From positions 1-10,106 of the forward strand of contig JAHQXB010000141.1 of the NCBI GenBank assembly GCA_029856435.1: a DNA stretch of 10,106 bases, in the 5' to 3' direction. The notes below the pieces were generated by a model that ran no database searches, was not told the origin of the DNA, and worked only from the letters and a program-made list of their open reading frames with translations. This document shows positions 1 through 5,861 of this stretch, one piece after another. This DNA is from Candidatus Jordarchaeia archaeon (lineage in GTDB: Archaea; Asgardarchaeota; Jordiarchaeia; Jordiarchaeales; Jordiarchaeaceae). Both the position numbers and the translations under genes were made by a program. Numbering within the stretch: the stretch's first letter is position 1; each line of letters starts with the position of its first letter.

Positions 1-177
1 CTCTTAAATAAGATTTTTGTGGCTGGCTTTCGGCGATGTGGATTTATTCGATTTTCCCCTTAATCACGAGCTCCAGCCTGAAGGGGAAACCCCATAAAAA
101 CACCCTCCCCAATAAGGTTGAACGTCTCCTCAAGTCTGCCTACAAAATGTGACAGCCACAAAATTCTTAGTTATGAG
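1..177. repeat. Imperfect 25-bp inverted repeat (1-25 vs 153-177, 22/25 match) enclosing 127 bp
   Basis: CTCTTAAATAAGATTTTTGTGGCTG at 1-25; the reverse complement of 153-177 is CTCATAACTAAGAATTTTGTGGCTG. It may extend beyond the window edge. Confidence 0.6.
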
Positions 178-208
178 CGAACTAGAAGATTCCTCTTGCA
201 GACTACGG

Positions 209-238
209 AAAATAAATGAAAAACAAAATGGAGAAAAT
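209..238 (-). terminator. Putative oligo-U archaeal terminator downstream of rtcB
   Basis: The minus strand reads CUAUUUUCUCCAUUUUGUUUUUCAUUUAUUUU, 60-90 nt after the stop. Confidence 0.4.
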
Positions 239-298
239 AGAGAGACCCACACAAACGGTAAACGACACCCGAGGTAACCACATACACTACTATAAATG

Positions 299-1546
299 TC
301 AGCCCTTCACAACGCCCAGAGGACGCAGACGCGCAACCAGAGAAGCAATACCTGCATCATGCGACGCCTTAGCCACCTCATCAACATTCTTGTAAGCCTC
401 AGGAGCCTCCTCAGCCACAACTTCAATACTCGCAGCCCTAACAAGAATCCCCGCAGACAAAAGCTTACCCTTCACACTCTCACCCCTAAAACTCCTAATC
501 GCCTCATTCCTACTCATCACCCTACCCGCTCCGTGAGCGGTTGATCCGAAGCTGAGTTCCATGGCTTCTTTTCGCCCTCTGAGGATGTAGCTGGCGGTTC
601 CCATTGTTCCGGGTATGATGACTGGTTGTCCTATGTTTTTGTATTTTTGTGGTAGTTCGGGGTGTTCTGGGGGGAATGCGCGTGTGGCGCCTTTTCTGTG
701 TACGTAGACTGTGCTGGTTTCGCCGTTGACTTTGTGTTTTTCGATTTTGGCTATGTTATGTGCTACGTCGTAGATTAGGTGCATTTCAAGGTCTTCTGCC
801 GGTGTTCCGTATACTTTTTGGAAGGATTCCCGTACCCAGTGGGTTATGCTTTGTCTGTTGGCCCAAGCGAAGTTGGCTGCTGCGGCCATGGCTGCTAGGT
901 AGTCTTGGCCTTCGGGGCTTTTTCCGGGTGCTGCTGCTAGTTCTCTGTCTGGTAGTTCGATTCCGTACTTTTTTGTGGCTCTTTCCATTATTCGTAGGTA
1001 GTCGGAGCATACTTGGTGTCCTAGTCCTCTTGAGCCTGTGTGTATCATGACTGTGGCCTGATTCTCTCTTAGTCCGTAGATTTTGGCTGCTTCTTGATCG
1101 AAGATTTTTTCGACGTATTGGATTTCGAGGAAGTGGTTGCCGGCTCCTAGTGTTCCTACCTGTGCGACGCCTCTGTCTTTTGCTTTGGTTGATACTTTTG
1201 TTGGGTCAGCTTCTTTTAGGCTTCCGTTTGCTTCGCAGTATAGGGCGTCTTCTTCCCAGCCGAAACCCTTTTCGATGGACCATTTGACGCCTTCGGCGAG
1301 TATGCTGTCTAATTCTGCCATTGAGAGCTTAATTTTTCTTTTGGAGCCTAAACCGCTGGGAACGTTATCGAATATTTCTTGTGTTAGGACTTTTATTTTT
1401 TCTTCAACGTCTTTTCTTTCTAGGTTGGTTGTGATTATTCTAACACCGCAGTTGATGTCGTATCCTACGCCTCCCGGGCTTAAGACTCCTTCTTCATAAT
1501 CGGTTGCAGCCACTCCGCCTATTGGAAATCCGTAGCCTTGATGTGC
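299..1546 (-). CDS. rtcB: RtcB 3'-phosphate/5'-OH RNA (tRNA-splicing) ligase, exon 2 (415 aa). Predicted gene is join(1577..1792,299..1546); the ORF-track 418-aa ORF starts at an AUG inside the intron
   Basis: All expected RtcB motifs are intact: AHQGYGFPIGG, GGVGYDINCG (Asp/Cys metal ligands), GTLGAGNHFLE, IHTGSRG, DVAHNIAK, HRKGAT, PGTMG, STAHGAGR (guanylylated His motif), EEAPEAYK and the C-terminal LRPLGVVKG. Confidence 0.96.
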   Translation of the reverse strand, partial: AHQGYGFPIGGVAATDYEEGVLSPGGVGYDINCGVRIITTNLERKDVEEKIKVLTQEIFDNVPSGLGSKRKIKLSMAELDSILAEGVKWSIEKGFGWEEDALYCEANGSLKEADPTKVSTKAKDRGVAQVGTLGAGNHFLEIQYVEKIFDQEAAKIYGLRENQATVMIHTGSRGLGHQVCSDYLRIMERATKKYGIELPDRELAAAPGKSPEGQDYLAAMAAAANFAWANRQSITHWVRESFQKVYGTPAEDLEMHLIYDVAHNIAKIEKHKVNGETSTVYVHRKGATRAFPPEHPELPQKYKNIGQPVIIPGTMGTASYILRGRKEAMELSFGSTAHGAGRVMSRNEAIRSFRGESVKGKLLSAGILVRAASIEVVAEEAPEAYKNVDEVAKASHDAGIASLVARLRPLGVVKG

Positions 1547-1576
1547 TTCCCGCATGGGAGGCGATTCTCTTCATGT
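1547..1576 (-). other. 30-nt archaeal BHB-type pre-mRNA intron in rtcB (ACAUGAAGAGAAUCGCCUCCCAUGCGGGAA)
   Basis: Central 4-bp helix CCCG(1582-1579)/CGGG(1552-1549); 3-nt bulges ACA(1578-1576) and AAG(1548-1546); intron helix CAUG(1575-1572)/CAUG(1556-1553); flanking exon-exon helix. Cleavage after the 2nd nt of each bulge removes exactly 30 nt, including the UGA, and restores PD|AH. Confidence 0.9.
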
Positions 1577-1792
1577 GTCGGGCAAGGTTACGGAGAACTT
1601 TTTTATTCCAGGTAGGCTGGTTACGTTTGCCGCTTGGATTAGGGTTTGGTCTTTGTGTATATCTTTCATGAGGTACTCATTTGCGATGATTCTTGCGGGC
1701 ACCCTCATGTAGGGGCGGAAATCTTTGGGTATTTCCCAAATGTTTTTGCTGATTTGTTTGAGAGGTATGTTTTTTGTGCTCAAATTGTTCAC
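1577..1792 (-). CDS. rtcB: RtcB ligase, exon 1 (N-terminal ~69-72 aa). Start is GTG 1792 or, more likely, TTG 1783
   Basis: Translation IWEIPKDFRPYMRVPARIIAN...TLIQAANVTSLPGIKKFSVTLPD resembles the archaeal RtcB N-terminus and ends at the conserved PD. GGAGGTGA at 1796-1789 lies 5 nt upstream of TTG 1783. Confidence 0.92.
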
Positions 1793-1796
1793 CTCC
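1789..1796 (-). promoter_or_regulatory. Shine-Dalgarno site GGAGGTGA for rtcB
   Basis: Full anti-SD complement with 5-nt spacing to an in-frame TTG. Confidence 0.7.
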
Positions 1797-1845
1797 TCTC
1801 TTCATTAAGGGAATGAAGGATAAGTTGCATCGCTTATTACTCTTT

Positions 1846-1853
1846 TTTTATAA
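1846..1853 (-). promoter_or_regulatory. Putative archaeal TATA box (TTATAAAA) for rtcB
   Basis: TATA-like octamer about 50 nt upstream of the SD, implying a start site near 1822. Position and consensus only. Confidence 0.45.
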
Positions 1854-2510
1854 GTTAGTCTACTTAGGGGAAGATTTACGTCACTGTACTTACAATAAGT
1901 TTATGCATCTAATTTTGAATCAACTTATTCTTAAATTTTTTACAATTCTGAGAAAACACTTTTTACTATTTATTATCCTAAATTATGATTGTTTACTATG
2001 ATTTCTTCCCTATGCCACTCCTAAAAAGTTGTTATATTTAAAAGTATCTAGTATGGTGAAGGGGGACCTCGTCTTATGTATGTAGCTTCTCTTCTATGCG
2101 TAATCGTTTGATCCTCTCAAAAAAAGGAGGCTTAACAGGGCTTCCTTCCAAATAAGCCTAAAAAAATGGGGGTAAGACCAGCTAACCCTGCACACATACC
2201 ATGTCAACAAACCACATACTTACGACAAGGTCTCATGGTGAAGTATGAACCAAGTTATTGGAGGCAGTGTTTTGGAGGGTAATCAGAGGGGTTAAAGCAC
2301 AGTTTTGAATTGTTGAGCTAAAATTGTGGGTTGAGTGTTTGCCTCTAGGGGTTTGCCTTTTGTTTAGTTTATAATGAATCTTTTTGGTAGCGAATCGGAT
2401 GCTTGGGTAGTAGAATTTTGCTATTTTTCCAGTTGTCTCGCTAGAGAAACATTGTTGCATGTTTTTATATTTGGTTTTATCGAAAAATTGAAAATGCAGG
2501 TTGGGTATTG

Positions 2511-2522
2511 TATATTTAAAAG
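2511..2522 (+). promoter_or_regulatory. Putative TATA element TATATTTAAAAG upstream of infB
   Basis: AT-rich box about 20-30 nt before the ATG cluster at 2530-2544. Confidence 0.45.
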
Positions 2523-2535
2523 AGGGGATATGAAA

Positions 2536-4320
2536 ATGCCCATGAGACAGCCCATTTGCGTAGTGCTAGGTCATATAGACAGTGGAAAAACCAGCATATT
2601 AGACAAAATTAGAGGAACCGCGGTGCAAAAGAGAGAGGCAAAGGGTATAACGCAGCATATAGGGGCTAGCATGCTTGATACAGAGACCATAAATGCCATT
2701 GGTGGTAAACTTCTTGAGTCTTATAAAGTGAAGTTAACTATACCCGGTATTTTAGTTATCGATACGCCTGGGCATAGTTCGTTTTTTAATCTTAGGAAGC
2801 GTGGTGGTGCAGTTGCAGATTTTGCCATTCTCGTTGTTGATATTTTGAATGGTTTTCAGGCGCAGACCTATGAGTGTGTGGATATTTTGAAGACGCGTAA
2901 AACACCCTTTTTGATTGCTGCTAACAAGGTTGATAGAATTAACGGCTGGTCTCCCTCTGGTTCTCTCTCCATTCTTAAGAGTTTGAGTATCCAACCGGAT
3001 TTTGTGTTGCGTTTTTTGGATGAACGTATATATGAGATTATGGGTGACCTGTCACGTTTGGGTTTTTCGGGAGATCGTTTTGACAGAGTGCGGGACTTTA
3101 CCCGGAATGTTGCTATAATTCCTACAAGTGCTGTGACTGGAGAGGGAATCGCCGAGCTACTGGTTGTATTAGCGGGTTTGGCTCAGCAGTATTTAAGTCA
3201 GCGGTTGCAGTTCAGCGAAGGGGCGGCTAAGGGAGTGGTTTTGGAGGTGAAGGAGGAACCGGGACTTGGCCACACTATAGATGCCATAATTTATGATGGT
3301 GTTTTGCACAAGGATGATTTGATAGTTATAGGTGGACTGGGGAAGGCGATTGATACCCATATTCGTGCTTTGTTGTTGCCTAAGCCTTTAGATGAGATGC
3401 GTGATCCACGTCAGCGTTTTGATAGTGTTGATGAGGTGGTGGCTGCTGCTGGTGTGAAAATTGTTGCGCCGGGTTTGGAGAAAGCTGTTGCGGGTGCTCC
3501 TCTACGCGCTGTGGGAGATTCGTCTCAGCTTGACCAGGTAATAAAAGAGGTCCAAGCTGAGGTGGAATCAGTGCGTATTGAAACTAGTAAGAGTGGGGTG
3601 GTTCTCAAGGCGGATACCTTGGGCAGTCTTGAGGCGTTGATGAGTTATTTTAGTGAGCGGGGGGTTCCGGTGCGTTTGGCGGATGTGGGTGATGTTAGTA
3701 AGAGGGATGTAATTGAGGCTGCGGTGGTTGCTGAGAGGGAGCCATTATATGCTGTGGTTTTAGCGTTTGGTGTGCGTGTTTTACCGGATGCTGAAGAGGA
3801 GGCAGAGATTAATGGTGTTCCGATTTTTCGTAGTGATGTAATTTATGGTTTATTTGATGATTATGATAAGTGGGTTGCTGAAAAGAAGGAGGAGCAGCGG
3901 CGCCAAGCTTTGGCAGGAGTTGTGCGTCCATTTAAGATTAGGATTTTGCCAGGTTATGTTTTTAGAAGGAGCAAGCCTGCAGTTGTGGGAGTGGAAGTTT
4001 TGGCGGGTTCAATGGTTCCTAAGACTAGGCTTGTTAATAAGGACAATCGGCGAGTGGGCGAAATTATGCAAATTCAGGATGAGGGAGAGGTGAGACAGGT
4101 TGCACATAGAGGTTCAAGCGTGGCTATCAGTATTAGGGGACCAACAGTGGGGCGCCAGATTCGCGAAGGGGATATTTTGTACTCAGATATTCCTGAGATT
4201 CAACTAGATAGGCTCTCTCGTGAACTGGGGGAGGAGCTTAGTCCTGATGAACTGGAGGTTTTAAATGAAATAAGGGAGTTCAAAAGCAGGAAACTATTAG
4301 ACCTTCTGGAAGAAAGTTAG
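2536..4320 (+). CDS. infB: Translation initiation factor IF2 / aIF5B (~594 aa; start ATG 2536, alternatives 2530 and 2542)
   Basis: RQPICVVLGHIDSGKT (G1), ITQHIGA (G2), DTPGH (G3), NKVD (G4), SAVTGEG, KADTLGSLEAL and VFRRSKPAVVGVEV. There is no bacterial N-terminal extension. GAGGGG at 2522-2527 precedes ATG 2536. Confidence 0.97.
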   Translation: MPMRQPICVVLGHIDSGKTSILDKIRGTAVQKREAKGITQHIGASMLDTETINAIGGKLLESYKVKLTIPGILVIDTPGHSSFFNLRKRGGAVADFAILVVDILNGFQAQTYECVDILKTRKTPFLIAANKVDRINGWSPSGSLSILKSLSIQPDFVLRFLDERIYEIMGDLSRLGFSGDRFDRVRDFTRNVAIIPTSAVTGEGIAELLVVLAGLAQQYLSQRLQFSEGAAKGVVLEVKEEPGLGHTIDAIIYDGVLHKDDLIVIGGLGKAIDTHIRALLLPKPLDEMRDPRQRFDSVDEVVAAAGVKIVAPGLEKAVAGAPLRAVGDSSQLDQVIKEVQAEVESVRIETSKSGVVLKADTLGSLEALMSYFSERGVPVRLADVGDVSKRDVIEAAVVAEREPLYAVVLAFGVRVLPDAEEEAEINGVPIFRSDVIYGLFDDYDKWVAEKKEEQRRQALAGVVRPFKIRILPGYVFRRSKPAVVGVEVLAGSMVPKTRLVNKDNRRVGEIMQIQDEGEVRQVAHRGSSVAISIRGPTVGRQIREGDILYSDIPEIQLDRLSRELGEELSPDELEVLNEIREFKSRKLLDLLEES

Positions 4321-4401
4321 ATTCAGTTATGAAAAGAAATACGAATAGTTTAAAAGCAGTTATTGATAGTATTTTTTGGTATCTATCGGAGGTTATCACT
4401 C

Positions 4402-4773
4402 ATGCCCGGATTTAAATTGGTGATTTCCGATCCAGAAAAGGGCCGTACGGTACAGGTTGATGTTGATGAAGCAAAGTCTCGTGCCTTGTTAGGGGCTCGT
4501 ATTGGTCAGAAGATTGATGGTGGACCTCTGGGTTTTAGTGGATATGAATTTTTGCTCACCGGTGGAAGCGATAAAGATGGTTTTCCCATGCGAAAAGGGG
4601 TGCATGGTCCGGTGAGAAAAAGGATTCTTATTGGTAGCAAACCAGGATATCATCCGCCCTATAAGGGCCAGCGTAGAATGAAGATGGTTAGAGGGGACAC
4701 GATTTCTGAGGATATAGCCCAGGTAAACTTGAAGATAGTTAAAAGGGGTGCAAAGGAAATCTTTGAAGGGTAA
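4402..4773 (+). CDS. rps6e: 30S ribosomal protein S6e (123 aa)
   Basis: FKLVISDP, TGGSDKDGFPMRKGV, RRMKMVRGDTIS and IAQVNLKIV motifs. GGAGGT at 4388-4393 is 8 nt before ATG 4402. Adjacency to infB is typical of archaea. Confidence 0.96.
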   Translation: MPGFKLVISDPEKGRTVQVDVDEAKSRALLGARIGQKIDGGPLGFSGYEFLLTGGSDKDGFPMRKGVHGPVRKRILIGSKPGYHPPYKGQRRMKMVRGDTISEDIAQVNLKIVKRGAKEIFEG

Positions 4774-4855
4774 GAGGCACCCCAAAGTATAACCTTCAAA
4801 TTGTTGAATTTCTCTTCATAAATTTTTTAGCCTTTAGGGTGGGGAGGAACTCTTA

Positions 4856-5371
4856 ATGAGTGTTTACAAGGAGGGAAGTTATGGTGGGGAAAGAAGATTT
4901 GCTTGTGACGCTATGCTAGGGCGTCTTGCACGTTGGCTTCGTCTTCTTGGATATTATACTTTTTATTCTCCCAAAATTAGGGATGATGAGCTTTTAGAGG
5001 TCTGTATTCGGGAGGATTTGAACCTCCTCACTAGGGATGTGGACTTTTTTAAGCGAGCGACTTCGTGCGGTTTAAAAGTTAAACTCATTCAGAAAAATTC
5101 CTTTGAGGAACAATTTTTCGAAGTTGTGGGTTTTTTTGGTTTAAATTTGAGCATTTCCCCTGAGAACTCCCGCTGCCCAGAATGCAATGGTCTAATTCAG
5201 AGTGTGGATAGAGAGGAGATAAAAAATAAGGTTTCAGCTAATACTTTGGATTCCTATGATGCCTTTTGGATTTGCACAAACTGCGGCCAAGTTTATTGGC
5301 GTGGACGCATGTGGCTGTCAATGACTCGAATTGTTGAAAGAACTAAGGAAAAACTAAAAAGGGGAGTTTGA
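4856..5371 (+). CDS. Mut7-C RNase-domain (PIN-like, DUF82/MJ1477-like family) protein with C-terminal Zn ribbon
   Basis: FACDAMLGRLARWLRLLGY, LLTRD, RCPECNG and FWICTNCGQVYWRG. Confidence 0.88.
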   Translation: MSVYKEGSYGGERRFACDAMLGRLARWLRLLGYYTFYSPKIRDDELLEVCIREDLNLLTRDVDFFKRATSCGLKVKLIQKNSFEEQFFEVVGFFGLNLSISPENSRCPECNGLIQSVDREEIKNKVSANTLDSYDAFWICTNCGQVYWRGRMWLSMTRIVERTKEKLKRGV

Positions 5372-5861
5372 TGTTCCAAGCCTTTTAATATCTCAACATT
5401 GCGAAATGTGCTTATTTTCTATCTCCTATGCTATAAAAAAGTAGTAAGAAACAATTCCAAATAAAAAGAAGAGAAGGGGAGGAAGCGAAAAGTACTAGAG
5501 CAAAACTAAACAGTGCAGGAAAGTGACCTTCAATTTCCAGTAGCGCCACCGCTTTATTTGTGGAGAATTATTGTTTCGAAGCTATCTTTGTTCTATAGCG
5601 TGTCTATAATGGAAGCGTAAACTTGGCATTCTTCTATCCCGATTCATGATTTGAGAAACTAAATAAGGAAAAAACGGTTAATTGAACACTAAAAAGGGAG
5701 GAAGTAGTGAAGGTAATCAGTTTTAAAAAGTTTATTTTTATCATTTTTCAAGGTTGGCTGTTTAAGTATTAAGGAAAAACTTTTCTATCTGTTTTACCAA
5801 TGAAACTTAAGTAAATTGCTTATGTAGTTTTTGGTTTTCTGTTTTAAGAGGACTGGTAGGA

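Noticed and set aside
296-1499. Antisense ORFs 296-544, 760-1050 and 1137-1499, and alternate-frame 786-1010
   Set aside because: Shadows of rtcB. Their low-complexity composition and lack of stops follow from the local A/C or G/T skew.
1571-1573. UGA as a selenocysteine/readthrough codon
   Set aside because: Readthrough would insert 10 residues (T-U-R-E-S-P-P-M-R-E) between the Asp and His of a tightly spaced active-site motif. No convincing SECIS was recognised, and splicing explains the data better.
1547-1576. Intein, group I/II intron or homing element
   Set aside because: Far too short, contains a stop, and has no intein or ribozyme core or endonuclease ORF.
299-1792. rtcB as a pseudogene or sequencing-error split
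   Set aside because: A clean 30-nt insert with BHB geometry and exact codon-boundary restoration is not what an error or decay produces, and both parts retain all motifs with no other lesions.
1774-2460. ORFs 1774-2001 (+) and 2233-2460 (-)
   Set aside because: No recognisable motifs or RBS, AT-rich promoter-like DNA, and they overlap regulatory signals.
2374-2529. 52-aa N-terminal extension of IF2 from the ORF track
   Set aside because: Hydrophobic non-homologous sequence upstream of the TATA/SD signals; archaeal aIF5B begins at about MRQPI.
2563-2592. IF2 G1 motif GHIDSGKT rather than GHVDHGKT
   Set aside because: Within the variation seen among aIF5B/eIF5B and related translational GTPases; the other G motifs are intact.
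5372-5861. 490-bp intergenic region as an ncRNA or small-gene site
   Set aside because: Only 4-5 bp hairpins and ORFs of about 21 codons or fewer were found; no tRNA cloverleaf, box C/D pair or repeat array was recognised.
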